From Candidatus Electrothrix yaqonensis (GTDB taxonomy: Bacteria; Desulfobacterota; Desulfobulbia; Desulfobulbales; Desulfobulbaceae), in contig CP178758.1 in assembly GCA_047651235.1 (NCBI GenBank), positions 900,001-932,000 of the forward strand: a stretch of DNA of 32,000 bases, given 5' to 3'. Positions 13,759 to 23,868 of this stretch are shown piece after piece. Position numbers and translations under genes: made by a program. The notes beneath the pieces were generated by a model. That model worked only from the letters and a program-made list of their open reading frames with translations, was not told the origin of the DNA and searched no databases. Position 1 is the first letter of the stretch; every line of letters begins with the position of its first letter.

Positions 13759-16686
13759 CTACTCTAACTCCGTAATATCGTCAAACAGTCCGGCGTCTGC
13801 TCTGATTTTTCCGCTGCTGCCGATGCTGGCCCGTACACCATTGTCCTGCAGTCTTTCCAGCAGTGGTGCATAGCTGCGTATGGCCTCCACTTCCGTATCA
13901 ATCGCCCGTTCAATACGTTCCTGTTTGTATTCCGGCGTAATACCGAAGAGGTATTCATTCCGGGCGGCAACACCCTGCAGGGCAGGGGAAAGCAGCGGGG
14001 TCAGACTGCCGTAGGTTCCGATGATTAATTGATCCAGTTTTTCCCGGCTCAGGTCGAGCTGCCGCACAGCAGCAGCAATGGCATCATAGGCTGCGTAGGT
14101 TCTGGCAACCTGGGGATCCCGGTAGCTGACCAGAGCGAGATTGCCGGTGGGCTGGTGGAACTGGACAAAACAGCCGTAGGCTCCGCCTAATTGACGCACC
14201 GTGTTCCAGAGATAATCCCGTGACAGCCAGGTTTTGAGAACCTCGAACTCACCGCTGTACTGAGAATGATCCATAAACAGGGTACAGCCCTGGACATTGT
14301 AGACCACATCAGCCGAAGTGCAGAATCCCTGTCGGGCAGGCAGCTCCGGAAAAGCAAGCTCAGCAGGCGGTTGCGGTGTTCCCTGCAAAGAACTGCAGAT
14401 ACCGGCTGCATATTCCCTGACCCGATCAATATCAGGAGCAGATGCGGTCACCGCGATTTTGAGTCCGTCCGGCTGAAAAAGCAGCTGCCGGAGGGCTTCC
14501 AACCGGGCAAGGAACTCCTCCTCCTGACCTGCATAATCAGCAACCAGAGCCTTGAGCTGCAGGTAGGCTGTCGCGCCGTTGACGTACTCGTTCAGCATGC
14601 CGGATCTGCCGAGATGAGCAAAAACCCTGGAGGAAGCCAAGGCATATCCCTCGCTCTGCACTGAATGCTCGTTCCAGGTAAATTCTCGGAAGACAATTTC
14701 CCGGATACGCTGCCGGTTGCTGAGGTCGAGATCGGCAAAGACCTCACGGACCAGTTTGATAGCTTCGGGCAGATAATCGGACAGGGCCTTGAGCTGGAAC
14801 CAGAGCACCGAGTGCATGGATTCCGGCCTGTTCATATGCTGATAGGTGGAGAACGAGTGGCTGAATCCTCCTGTGCAGATGTTGATATCCTTGGCAAAGC
14901 GGATGTAGTCCCGCGAGCCGGTGCCGATTTCGGTGGCAATGGTGGCGAACAGATCCAGCCAGGGCAGCAGGTCCGTCGGCACAGCCGAACAGTCCAGGCC
15001 GAACTGGATATAGACGATGGAGTTGGTGTCCAGCTCACTGGCAATGCAGGTTGCGGAAGCGCAGTCCGTAACTTTGGGCCGCAGAAACTCCGGTCTGCGC
15101 TCCAGATCCTGCCGGGAAAGGCGGGGCAGCAGGGCAAGGGTCTGCTCGCTGTTCGGCGTCTGCTGAAGCCGCATGAGTTCCTGGGTATTGGCGATCAGGG
15201 CCTGAACTTGGTCGGCAGCAAGGGTCTGTTCATAAGCAGCCAGCCGCTCCTGCTCCCTGGCCATGCTTCGGCCTGTTTTTTCCGGATCAGGCGATAGGGT
15301 TACGGCAACAAAGGCCGGCGTTTCGACAAGATGGTCTTTGATCAGCTCTTCAAAATAATTTTCTTCCAGAGCCTTGTGCCGGATTGCGGCAAACACTTCC
15401 TCGATAGCCAGGGCTGCAAAGGGATCAGTCCCGTGCTGGAGGGCTGGCAGGGCTTTGCCAATCAGATCTAGGCCGCGCTGGGCCTTGGTCAGATCCTCCC
15501 GAAAAGCAAACTCGTATTTGTTCAGCTCTGACAGAACAAAATCCCGGTCAAGTCCCTGTGCAATGATCCCGGCCAGCGTTTCCCGGTACAGCTCCAGAAA
15601 ACGGTCCCGCTGATCCGCCTCGGACCCGATCAGATAGGTCATCATAAAGGTTTTATAGCAGGAATCAGCCAGAAACATGCCGCCGAAATCCCGGCACAGC
15701 CCGGCTTCCAGGATAGCCTTTTTTAGGGGTGAGGCATCGGAGTTATAGAGGATATTGGCAATGATCTGAAAAGCAGTGTTGCGCTGACGATCTAAGATTG
15801 TTCCCACAGCCGTACCCACGGCCAGATAGGTCTTGCCGGTCAGCTGGCTGCCCGGCTGCACTGCATAGCTGTCCTCGATAAACACCGGTTCACTGATGCC
15901 CGGGCCCCGGATGATTTCAGCCTTGTCACCGGGCCCGTCGTATTCAGCCAGAAAATTTTCCTGCACAGCAGCCAGCTCCTGCTCCAGATCAGCATCGCCG
16001 TAAAAAAAGAGCATGGCATTGGAGGGATGGTAATGCTTTTCATGAAAGGCAACAAACTGCTCATAACTGAGGTCAGGGATGGCGGCAGGATCACCGCCGG
16101 ATTCATGGGCATAGGTGGAGTCCGGCATCAGTCCGGCAAAGGTGTGGTGAAAGATGGCCCGGATGGGATCGGAATAGGCCCCCTTCATCTCATTGAGCAC
16201 CACGCCCTGAAACTGCAGCGGTGCATCCTCGGCCTCCTTATGATAATGCCAGCCCTCCTGTTCAAAGGTGCTGCGCGGAAGCAGCGGATTGAACACAACA
16301 TCGCAGTACACGTCCATGATGTTGAAGTACTCGGTCATATTACGGCTGGCAAAGGGATACCAGGTGGTGTCCGAGCCGGTCATGGCATTGAGAAAGGTGG
16401 TCAGGCCGCCCTTGTTGATCTCGCCGAACACATCATGCACCGGATATTTTTTCGATCCCATAAGCACGGAATGCTCCAAGATATGGGCCACGCCGGTGGA
16501 GTCCTCCGGCACAGTCTGAAAGGCAATGCAGAAGGTCTTATTGGGGTCGGTATTCTTGATGGCCAGAGCCGGGGTGCCGAGCTGCTCATGCTCAAAAAGA
16601 TAGACGTCGGAACGGATATCAGCAAGATGCTCCTGACGCCGGAGAATAAATCCGTGATAGCTGGAACCGATAGTGAAGTTTGTCAT
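13759..16686 (-). CDS. M16C-family zinc metallopeptidase (PreP/insulinase-like)
   Basis: Inverted zincin motif HILEHSVLMGSKKYP. About 975 aa, typical of M16C. The start is moved to ATG 16686 (MTNFTIGSSYHGF...). Confidence 0.85.
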   Translation of the reverse strand: MTNFTIGSSYHGFILRRQEHLADIRSDVYLFEHEQLGTPALAIKNTDPNKTFCIAFQTVPEDSTGVAHILEHSVLMGSKKYPVHDVFGEINKGGLTTFLNAMTGSDTTWYPFASRNMTEYFNIMDVYCDVVFNPLLPRSTFEQEGWHYHKEAEDAPLQFQGVVLNEMKGAYSDPIRAIFHHTFAGLMPDSTYAHESGGDPAAIPDLSYEQFVAFHEKHYHPSNAMLFFYGDADLEQELAAVQENFLAEYDGPGDKAEIIRGPGISEPVFIEDSYAVQPGSQLTGKTYLAVGTAVGTILDRQRNTAFQIIANILYNSDASPLKKAILEAGLCRDFGGMFLADSCYKTFMMTYLIGSEADQRDRFLELYRETLAGIIAQGLDRDFVLSELNKYEFAFREDLTKAQRGLDLIGKALPALQHGTDPFAALAIEEVFAAIRHKALEENYFEELIKDHLVETPAFVAVTLSPDPEKTGRSMAREQERLAAYEQTLAADQVQALIANTQELMRLQQTPNSEQTLALLPRLSRQDLERRPEFLRPKVTDCASATCIASELDTNSIVYIQFGLDCSAVPTDLLPWLDLFATIATEIGTGSRDYIRFAKDINICTGGFSHSFSTYQHMNRPESMHSVLWFQLKALSDYLPEAIKLVREVFADLDLSNRQRIREIVFREFTWNEHSVQSEGYALASSRVFAHLGRSGMLNEYVNGATAYLQLKALVADYAGQEEEFLARLEALRQLLFQPDGLKIAVTASAPDIDRVREYAAGICSSLQGTPQPPAELAFPELPARQGFCTSADVVYNVQGCTLFMDHSQYSGEFEVLKTWLSRDYLWNTVRQLGGAYGCFVQFHQPTGNLALVSYRDPQVARTYAAYDAIAAAVRQLDLSREKLDQLIIGTYGSLTPLLSPALQGVAARNEYLFGITPEYKQERIERAIDTEVEAIRSYAPLLERLQDNGVRASIGSSGKIRADAGLFDDITELE

Positions 16687-16775
16687 ATGTGATATTTTTC
16701 GGTTTGCGGTTGTGATCCGGGACTGGAGAACAGAATAACAAAACGATAGCAAAACAGCTATACGGAAATAGTATC

Positions 16776-17225
16776 CTAAAATTTCTTATGAGAATCAAGG
16801 AGAATGGTCACCGGCCCGGTATTGACCAGACTGACATCCATCATGGCCCGGAACTCACCGCTGGCTGTAATGACGCCGTAAGTCTCAACAGCGCGGATAA
16901 AATCAAGATAGAGCTGTTTTGCCTGCTCCGGCGGCGCAGCAGACGACCAGGACGGACGACGTCCTTTGCGGCAGTCAGCCAGCAGGGTAAACTGGGAGAC
17001 AACGAGCATGGACCCGCCGGTATCAGCAAGGGAGCGGTTCATCTTCCCCTGTTCATCTTCAAAGATGCGCAGATGAACGATCTTCTCTGCCAGCCAAGCG
17101 ATATCCTTCTGCTCATCATCCTTATGCACCCCAAGCAGAACCAGCAGGCCCGTCCCTATGGTCCCGGTCTGCTGCCCGGCAACCGTGACCTCTGCGGAAC
17201 TGACCCGCTGCAGCACGGCCCTCAT
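16776..17225 (-). CDS. dtd: D-aminoacyl-tRNA deacylase
   Basis: 149 aa with MRAVLQRV...LLVLLGV...VSQFTL...GRRPSW, typical of Dtd. Its ATG overlaps the rsmE stop (ATGA). Confidence 0.9.
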   Translation of the reverse strand: MRAVLQRVSSAEVTVAGQQTGTIGTGLLVLLGVHKDDEQKDIAWLAEKIVHLRIFEDEQGKMNRSLADTGGSMLVVSQFTLLADCRKGRRPSWSSAAPPEQAKQLYLDFIRAVETYGVITASGEFRAMMDVSLVNTGPVTILLDSHKKF

Positions 17226-18001
17226 CGTCCGCTCTCCGTATTATTCACCGTACTGTTCTTCGCAGCCGGTTGTCCGGGGAAGGCGCAGAGATTATGCACG
17301 GTATGCTGAATCAGCGTGACAGCAGAGAGAGCCGCTGTTTCAGCCCGCAGAATGCGCGGGCCGAGCGAGAAAGTCATAAATCCCAATTCCAGAGCATATT
17401 CGACCTCGTCAGCATGAAAGCCGCCCTCCGGCCCGATCAGCAGAACCACAGGACGTCCGCAGTCCAGCCGGACAGCGGAGAAAGAGCAGTTCTGTTCTCC
17501 TTCCCACGGCATAACCTTATTGCAGCCCTCCGGAAAAAACAGATCCTGCAGCGGGGTCGGCGGGCTGATATGCATGGGGACCGGCCGTCGGCACTGCTTG
17601 CATGCCTCCAGCATAATCCGCGTCCAGCGCTTGAGCTGCTGCCTTTCCCCGGTCTTTCCTGCACAGTAGCGGGTGATGACCGGAACAAAGGCATTTACAC
17701 CCAGTTCGGTAGCCTTCTGGATCAGCAGGTCCATTTTCTTTCCCTTCAGGACTCCCTGGGCCAGAGTCAGGGGAATTCCGGTTTCCGGTTCCATATGCCG
17801 GGTCATAACCTGAAAGACCACCTGACCGGAGCAGATCTGCTCAATCCGCCCGGCTACGACACTGCCTGTGCCGTCAAACAGCTCGACCGCATCACCGCAC
17901 TGCATCCGCAGAACGCTTCTGATGTGATGGGCTTCGGCCCCGTTGATCAGAACCCGATCCTCCGTGTCCTGAATGTCGGAATCGTAAAAAAAACGTCGCA
18001 T
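17222..18001 (-). CDS. rsmE: 16S rRNA (uracil1498-N3)-methyltransferase
   Basis: N-terminal [22 protein letters not shown], and C-terminal LLIGPEGGF...[12 protein letters not shown]. Confidence 0.85.
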   Translation of the reverse strand: MRRFFYDSDIQDTEDRVLINGAEAHHIRSVLRMQCGDAVELFDGTGSVVAGRIEQICSGQVVFQVMTRHMEPETGIPLTLAQGVLKGKKMDLLIQKATELGVNAFVPVITRYCAGKTGERQQLKRWTRIMLEACKQCRRPVPMHISPPTPLQDLFFPEGCNKVMPWEGEQNCSFSAVRLDCGRPVVLLIGPEGGFHADEVEYALELGFMTFSLGPRILRAETAALSAVTLIQHTVHNLCAFPGQPAAKNSTVNNTESGR

Positions 18002-18221
18002 GAAAACCGGTTGTTCCGTAAGCGGAACCTCTGCTGCCTGCTGATATATATTCTGCCGGACGAACAGTCACTCCTCGGACTGCTGCCCCCAAAATACGCA
18101 TACAAGAAACCAGATATCTTTGTCTCCTGCAAGCCTTTTTTGTCAAGAAAAACAGAAAGACGGATTCTTTCCCGACAGGAAGGGAAACGTGCACTGCAGT
18201 TTCAGGGCGGCCAGCTCTTTT

Positions 18222-18250
18222 TTGACGATATGTCCGCAATGGTGTAGAAT
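18222..18250 (+). promoter_or_regulatory. Candidate sigma70 promoter for the peptide/nickel-family ABC operon
   Basis: TTGACG, 17 nt, TAGAAT. This predicts a leader of about 160 nt before ATG 18417. Confidence 0.5.
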
Positions 18251-18416
18251 GGCGTCCGGTTTCAACGCAACCGGAAAATTGTCAATCACCTGTCGCCATT
18301 TTCCGCAGGTATTACATTCTCATTCCTTACTCCTCTGATTTCGATTGACGAACAGCTCTCTTTCTGCTTTTCTGTAAGCTCAATTGCCTTCAGCCCCGAC
18401 TTTGCAAAAACATACG

Positions 18417-21400
18417 ATGCGCAATTTTTTTATTCGCCTCCCCTTGCGCCTGATCCTCGGCGTTGCCTGCATTTTTCTGCTTTTTTTGGGGTGCAGCTTT
18501 CTCTTTTCACCTGCGCCGTCGGATACCGAAGCCCAATCTTCCCCTGACCTGGAAATACAGAAAGCGGTACAAAAAGTGGAGCTGGCTGTGCTCAAAGATC
18601 AGTCCATTGATCCTGATAAAATCATGCGCGTACAGGTGGAAGTGGACTACGATGAGGGAGAGGAGGGAGCATGGTATCCCAAGGCGGAATCGCCGGTTCT
18701 GACGCCGCTGGTGGAAAAAGGAAAACTCCCTCCGGTGGCTGAGCGGGTCGGGGAAGAACCGCTGGTGCTCAAGGGTCTGCATGGCGCTGCCGAGTACGGC
18801 GGCAGCATGTACCGGCTGAACAGTGTCCCGGCCCCGCGCCTCACCCCGATCAATCTGGTGCGCTTCAGTCCGCAGGGCTTTCCCATTGTTCCCAATGTCG
18901 CCAAAAGCTGGACCATCAGCAAGGACGGTCGCCGCTTTACCTTTAGCCTGCGCAAGGGCATGAAATGGAGTGACGGGCAGCCCTTTACTTCAGAGGATAT
19001 CCTGTATTGGTGGCGGCACGAACAATGCGATAAAAGCGTCAGTCCCGGCGGCCCTGCGCCGCTGTATGTCCATCACGGCAAACCCATGACCGTGACTGCC
19101 CCTGATCCGCAGACCATTATTTTTTCCTTTGCAGATCCCTATTTCACCTTTCTGGAGAAACTCGCCGCTTCACCGGGGTATTACAATGCATCGCCGCGCC
19201 ATTTCCTGCAGTCCTATCATCCTGAACTGGGCGATCCGCACCTCATCCTGGATGTCATGCAGACCCATAACTTGGTCAATAAACGGGCTGTGTACGCGAT
19301 GGTCAGCAACCGGGTTGAGCGCCCCAGCATCGGCCCCTGGATCACGCGGACGGAGAAGATGAGCTCACCGGAGACCATGGTGCGCAACCCCTATTACTGG
19401 GCCGTAGATACCGAGGGGCGGCAGCTTCCCTATATAGATCGCATCGTGATAACGGAAAAGTCCAAGGATATGGTGGGGATTTCAGCTGCCCAGGGCGAGG
19501 TGACTGTGCAGGCGCGCTCTATCCGGAATGAAGAGTACACCATGCTGATGCGGCAGCGGCAGACCTACGGCTACCAGGTACATCATTGGGTGCAGGGAAA
19601 GGGCAGCGCCTGGGCTATGGCCTTCAACCTGAACCGCAGGATTCCCGAAGGAGACCGGGAAGCGGCCCATAAAGCCAAACTGCTGGCTGATAAACGCTTT
19701 CGCCAGGCCCTCTCCCTTGCCGTGGATCGGCAGACCATTATTCAGGCCCTGTTCGGCGGTGAGGGGGAACCCCATGCTGTGGGCCCGCCGCCGACCTCCC
19801 CGTTCTATTTTCCGGAACTGCAGCAGACCTACAGCCGCTTTGACCCGGCAAAGGCAAATGCATTATTCGATGCCCTCGGCCTGATCGAGCGCGACAGGGA
19901 TGGTTTCCGCCGTTTTCCCGACGGTCCGTCCCTGCTTTTTGATATCAACTACTGCTCCTTTACCGGCGAAGGTCCCGGACAGTTCATTGTCGAGGACTGG
20001 CGCCGGGTCGGTATCCGGGCGCGGATGCGTTCCCAGGACCGCTCAATTTTTTATGTCGAAAAACTGGCCGGGCTGCACGATATCACGGTCTGGCGGGGCT
20101 ACGGAGCCTATTTTCCCATCCTTGACCTGCGCTATTATGCTCCGCTGAATTCGGAATCCAACTTTGCCATCCGTTACGGCTCCTGGTATGCTTCGGGCGG
20201 TTTGTTCAAGGAAGACGGGACTGTGCGCGGCACACCGCCACCCAAGGATCATCCCCTGTATCAGGCCCTCCTCCTGAATGAGCAGATCAAAGAGGCCCCC
20301 ACTTCTGCCGAACGCCGCGCCCTGTTCGGCGAGCTGCTCAAACTGGCTGCCGAGAATGTCTATATTCTGGACATTACCACGCCACTTCCAGCTCTGGCCG
20401 TGGTGAAAAACGGGGTCAAAAATGTGCCGATCAAGGGGGTGTATTCTTGGTCCTTCCAAAGCCCGGCCAATCTGGGCCTGGAGACCTGGTGTTACGCAGA
20501 ACCCAAAATGAGCGCAGCTGAGATCCGGGATATTACCTCTGAGCTCAGCCATATCACGCCGGTGCGCCCGCTCCACAGTACCGGGGTGCAGAAGCCCTCT
20601 GCTTCTGCCGTTACAGCCCCGGCATCTGAGCCTGCTGCTTCCCTTGTCGGGACGCTGATCCGTTACGGTATCGGGCTGGCCCTGCTCCTTCAGCTGATCC
20701 TGCTTATCTTCCGCTTTCCCTTTGTCGGCTATCGGCTGCTGATTATGATCCCGACCCTGATCCTGATCTCCGTCATCACCTTTGTGGTGATCGAGCTGCC
20801 GCCCGGCGATGCGATCAGCAGCAAGATCATGCAGATGCAGGAAGCAGGCGGTGAGGTCAACCAGAAGGAGATTGATGAAATGAAGGCCCTGTTCCGCATC
20901 GACGAATCGGCCTGGCATCGCTATGCCTGGTGGATGGGACTGGACTGGTTTGCCAGCCGAGAAGGCAGGGATGAGGGCCTGCTGCAGGGGAATATGGGGC
21001 GCTCCATGATGGACCTCAAACCGGTGAACGACAAAGTCGACGACCGACTGCTTTTCACCATTCTGATCTCCCTGGGCACGATCCTCTTCACCTGGGCGAT
21101 GGCCCTGCCCATCGGTATCTACTCGGCAGTGCGCCAGTATTCGTTTTTTGATTACTTTTTTACCGTGATTGGATTCATCGGCATGTGCATTCCCGGGTTC
21201 CTGCTCGCCCTGCTTCTGATGTTTGCTGCCGAATCTTGGCTCGGGATCAGCGTGTCCGGGCTGTTTTCCCCGGAATATGCCGTTCAGAGCGGCTGGAGTC
21301 AGGGCAAGATTCTGGACCTGCTGCGCCATATCTGGCTCCCCATTTTTGTGCAGGGCGTGGCCGGGACCGCCGGGATGGTCCGGGTCATGCGGGCCAACCT

Positions 21401-21746
21401 GCTGGACGAGCTGCAGAAGCCCTATGTGATTACGGCGCGGGCCAAGGGCCTCCGGCCCATGAAGCTGCTTGTCAAATATCCCATCCGCCTTGCCCTCAAC
21501 CCGTTTATCTCCGGGATCGGCAGCATTTTCCCGGAACTCATCTCCGGCGGGGCCATCATCGCCATTGTCCTGAGCCTGCCCACCATTGAGCCCATGCAGC
21601 TCAATGCGGTCATGCAGCAGGACATGTATCTGGCCGGTTCTATCCTCATGCTCCTGAGTCTGCTCAGCGTGCTCGGCACCCTGTTCAGCGATATCATGCT
21701 CCTCCTCCTTGATCCGCGCATCCGCACTGCCGGAGGCTGGAAATGA
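18417..21746 (+). CDS. Fusion protein: family-5 (peptide/nickel, DppA/OppA-like) substrate-binding domain, an extra TM helix and a DppB/OppB-like permease
   Basis: Signal anchor MRNFFIRLPLRLILGVACIFLLFLGC. SBP_bac_5-like body of about 680 aa. Ser/Ala/Pro linker, then an extra TM helix (LIRYGIGLALLLQLILLIF), then a permease beginning LLIMIPTLILISVITFVVIELPPGD. The start is moved to ATG 18417. Confidence 0.85.
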   Translation: MRNFFIRLPLRLILGVACIFLLFLGCSFLFSPAPSDTEAQSSPDLEIQKAVQKVELAVLKDQSIDPDKIMRVQVEVDYDEGEEGAWYPKAESPVLTPLVEKGKLPPVAERVGEEPLVLKGLHGAAEYGGSMYRLNSVPAPRLTPINLVRFSPQGFPIVPNVAKSWTISKDGRRFTFSLRKGMKWSDGQPFTSEDILYWWRHEQCDKSVSPGGPAPLYVHHGKPMTVTAPDPQTIIFSFADPYFTFLEKLAASPGYYNASPRHFLQSYHPELGDPHLILDVMQTHNLVNKRAVYAMVSNRVERPSIGPWITRTEKMSSPETMVRNPYYWAVDTEGRQLPYIDRIVITEKSKDMVGISAAQGEVTVQARSIRNEEYTMLMRQRQTYGYQVHHWVQGKGSAWAMAFNLNRRIPEGDREAAHKAKLLADKRFRQALSLAVDRQTIIQALFGGEGEPHAVGPPPTSPFYFPELQQTYSRFDPAKANALFDALGLIERDRDGFRRFPDGPSLLFDINYCSFTGEGPGQFIVEDWRRVGIRARMRSQDRSIFYVEKLAGLHDITVWRGYGAYFPILDLRYYAPLNSESNFAIRYGSWYASGGLFKEDGTVRGTPPPKDHPLYQALLLNEQIKEAPTSAERRALFGELLKLAAENVYILDITTPLPALAVVKNGVKNVPIKGVYSWSFQSPANLGLETWCYAEPKMSAAEIRDITSELSHITPVRPLHSTGVQKPSASAVTAPASEPAASLVGTLIRYGIGLALLLQLILLIFRFPFVGYRLLIMIPTLILISVITFVVIELPPGDAISSKIMQMQEAGGEVNQKEIDEMKALFRIDESAWHRYAWWMGLDWFASREGRDEGLLQGNMGRSMMDLKPVNDKVDDRLLFTILISLGTILFTWAMALPIGIYSAVRQYSFFDYFFTVIGFIGMCIPGFLLALLLMFAAESWLGISVSGLFSPEYAVQSGWSQGKILDLLRHIWLPIFVQGVAGTAGMVRVMRANLLDELQKPYVITARAKGLRPMKLLVKYPIRLALNPFISGIGSIFPELISGGAIIAIVLSLPTIEPMQLNAVMQQDMYLAGSILMLLSLLSVLGTLFSDIMLLLLDPRIRTAGGWK

Positions 21747-22840
21747 ACAGGAACAAGGACATCGCCTCCCTGAGCCAGTGGCAGCTCATTGCCTTGCGCT
21801 TCAACCGGCACCGGCTGGCCACGGTCGCCCTGCTCCTGATCGGGGGGCTGTATACCTTAGCGTTTTTTGCCGACAGCTTTGCCGTCAACACCCCCTATGA
21901 TAAAGACGTGCGGTACATTTACGCGCCGCCCATGCTGCCCAAGTTCAGCCTGGAGCAGGGATTCTACGCAAATGCCTCTATCCAGCAGACCGATCCTGTT
22001 ACCCTGAGAAGGTCATATCAGTTCACCCCGGACACCTCTGTACCGTTAGGCTTTTTTGTCAAAGGTTATACATATAAATTGCTGGGCCTGATTCCGACAG
22101 ATATCCATTTTTTGGGGGTCCGCCAGAGAGGAGCAGATGCACCGAAATTCCTCCTTTTCGGCGGCGATAAATTCGGTCGGGATATCTTCAGCAGAATCCT
22201 GCTCGGCACCCGGATTTCTCTGTCCATCGGCGTGGCCGCCATTGTGATTTCCTTTGTCCTGGGCGTGAGCATCGGCGGCATGTCCGGCTATTTCGGGGGC
22301 TGGACCGACACCCTGATTCAACGCCTGATCGAGGTGATTGATGCCTTTCCCAAGCTGCCCCTCTGGCTCTCCTTGGGAGCTGCTCTGCCCCGAAACTGGT
22401 CCAATCTTCAAGTCTATTTCGGCATCACTATCATCCTCTCGCTGGTGGGCTGGACCGGCATGGCCCGGGTTGTGCGTGGAAAAATTCTCAGCCTGCGGGA
22501 GGAGGATTACGCCTTGGCGGCCCGCCTGATGGGCGCCGGGCACAGCCGGATCATCTTCCGCCATCTTGTGCCCGGCTTTACCAGCCATATCATCGTCTCG
22601 CTGACCATGACCGTGCCGGGAATGATCCTGGGCGAAACCAGCCTGTCTTTTCTCGGCCTGGGCCTGAAGCCGCCCATCATTAGCTGGGGCGTGATGCTCC
22701 AGGACTGCATGAGTATGCAGGTGGTGAAGAATTATCCTTGGCTGCTTCTGCCGGTGCTCATGATTATCCTGACCGTGCTCTGCTTCAACTTCATCGGCGA
22801 CGGCCTCCGCGATGCCGCTGATCCTTATACTGCAAGCTGA
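21743..22840 (+). CDS. DppC/OppC-like ABC permease
   Basis: Sequence GGDKFGRDIFSRILLGTRISL plus a C-terminal FNFIGDGLRDAADP motif. ATGA overlap with the upstream gene. Confidence 0.9.
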   Translation: MNRNKDIASLSQWQLIALRFNRHRLATVALLLIGGLYTLAFFADSFAVNTPYDKDVRYIYAPPMLPKFSLEQGFYANASIQQTDPVTLRRSYQFTPDTSVPLGFFVKGYTYKLLGLIPTDIHFLGVRQRGADAPKFLLFGGDKFGRDIFSRILLGTRISLSIGVAAIVISFVLGVSIGGMSGYFGGWTDTLIQRLIEVIDAFPKLPLWLSLGAALPRNWSNLQVYFGITIILSLVGWTGMARVVRGKILSLREEDYALAARLMGAGHSRIIFRHLVPGFTSHIIVSLTMTVPGMILGETSLSFLGLGLKPPIISWGVMLQDCMSMQVVKNYPWLLLPVLMIILTVLCFNFIGDGLRDAADPYTAS

Positions 22841-22854
22841 CTGCGAGATCGTCT

Positions 22855-23868
22855 ATGTCGGAAAATGTTCTGGAAATAAAAAACCTGCGGGTTGCCTTCC
22901 GCTTGGAAGAAGGCGAGATCCATGCTGTGCAGGATGTCTCGCTCGCCATCCCGCGCGGTAAGATTGTCGCCCTGGTCGGTGAATCAGGCTGCGGCAAGAG
23001 TGTCACCGGTCTCTCCATTCTCCGCCTGATTCAGCGGCCCGGTGAAATCACCGGCGGCGAGATGCTTTTCAACGGTCAGGACGGCAGAAGCGTTGATATT
23101 GCCCGGCTGAGAGAGAAGGACAAGGAGCTGTACTCCCTTCGCGGTAATCGGATTTCGATGATTTTTCAGGAGCCCATGACCGCGCTTTCGCCGGTGCATA
23201 CCATCGGCAACCAGCTCTGTGAGGTTCTGCTTCTCCACCGGAAGGTGCGCAAAAGACAGGCGGAAAGAAAGGCCATGATGATGTTGGGGCGGGTCGGTTT
23301 TCCTGCCCCGGAACGGAGCCTCCGGCAGTATCCTTTTGAGCTGTCCGGCGGAATGCGCCAGCGGGTGGTGATCGCTATGGCCCTGCTGGCGGAACCGGAA
23401 CTGCTGATCGCCGATGAGCCGACCACTGCCCTTGATGTGACCATCCAAGCGCAGATTCTGGCCCTGATGCATCGGCTCCAGCGGGAGGAAGGCAATTCCG
23501 TCCTCCTTATCACCCATGACCTCGGCGTGGTGGCCCAGGTCGCTGATGCAGTGGCGGTCATGTACCTTGGCCGCATCGTTGAAAAAGGCCCCATGCGCGA
23601 CATCATGCAGTCGCCCCTGCACCCCTACACCCAGGGGCTGCTCCAATCCCTGCCTGGTCTGCACTTGGAGCATAAACGCCTTCCCGCCATCAAAGGAACC
23701 GTGCCGGGCCTGAACGAGCTGCCCGAGGGCTGCCCGTTTCATCCCCGCTGTCCGCATTGCACAGCCGGTCTTTGTGACGGCCAGGCTGTGCCGTCTCCTG
23801 AAGCCTTTGGCCCGGAACGGGAAGCAGCCTGTTTCCGCATCAACAAACTGCAGGGAGTGCCGATATGA
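22855..23868 (+). CDS. DppD/OppD-like ABC ATPase
   Basis: Walker A GESGCGKS, signature LSGGMRQR, Walker B LLIADEPTTALD. C-terminal Cys cluster CPFHPRCPHC. Confidence 0.9.
   Translation: MSENVLEIKNLRVAFRLEEGEIHAVQDVSLAIPRGKIVALVGESGCGKSVTGLSILRLIQRPGEITGGEMLFNGQDGRSVDIARLREKDKELYSLRGNRISMIFQEPMTALSPVHTIGNQLCEVLLLHRKVRKRQAERKAMMMLGRVGFPAPERSLRQYPFELSGGMRQRVVIAMALLAEPELLIADEPTTALDVTIQAQILALMHRLQREEGNSVLLITHDLGVVAQVADAVAVMYLGRIVEKGPMRDIMQSPLHPYTQGLLQSLPGLHLEHKRLPAIKGTVPGLNELPEGCPFHPRCPHCTAGLCDGQAVPSPEAFGPEREAACFRINKLQGVPI

Noticed and set aside
17270-18247. 325-aa plus-strand ORF
   Set aside because: It lies antisense to rsmE and has no recognisable motifs, so it is a shadow ORF. The same reasoning applies to 3249-4229, 715-1125, 2117-2815, 2831-3376, 14665-15297, 16027-16692, 22046-22588 and 22984-23757.
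20043-21329. 428-aa minus-strand ORF
   Set aside because: It lies antisense to the strongly supported SBP-permease fusion gene. Its composition is low-complexity (Gly/Pro/Arg/Gln-rich) and it has no RBS or motifs. It is a shadow ORF of a GC-rich coding region.
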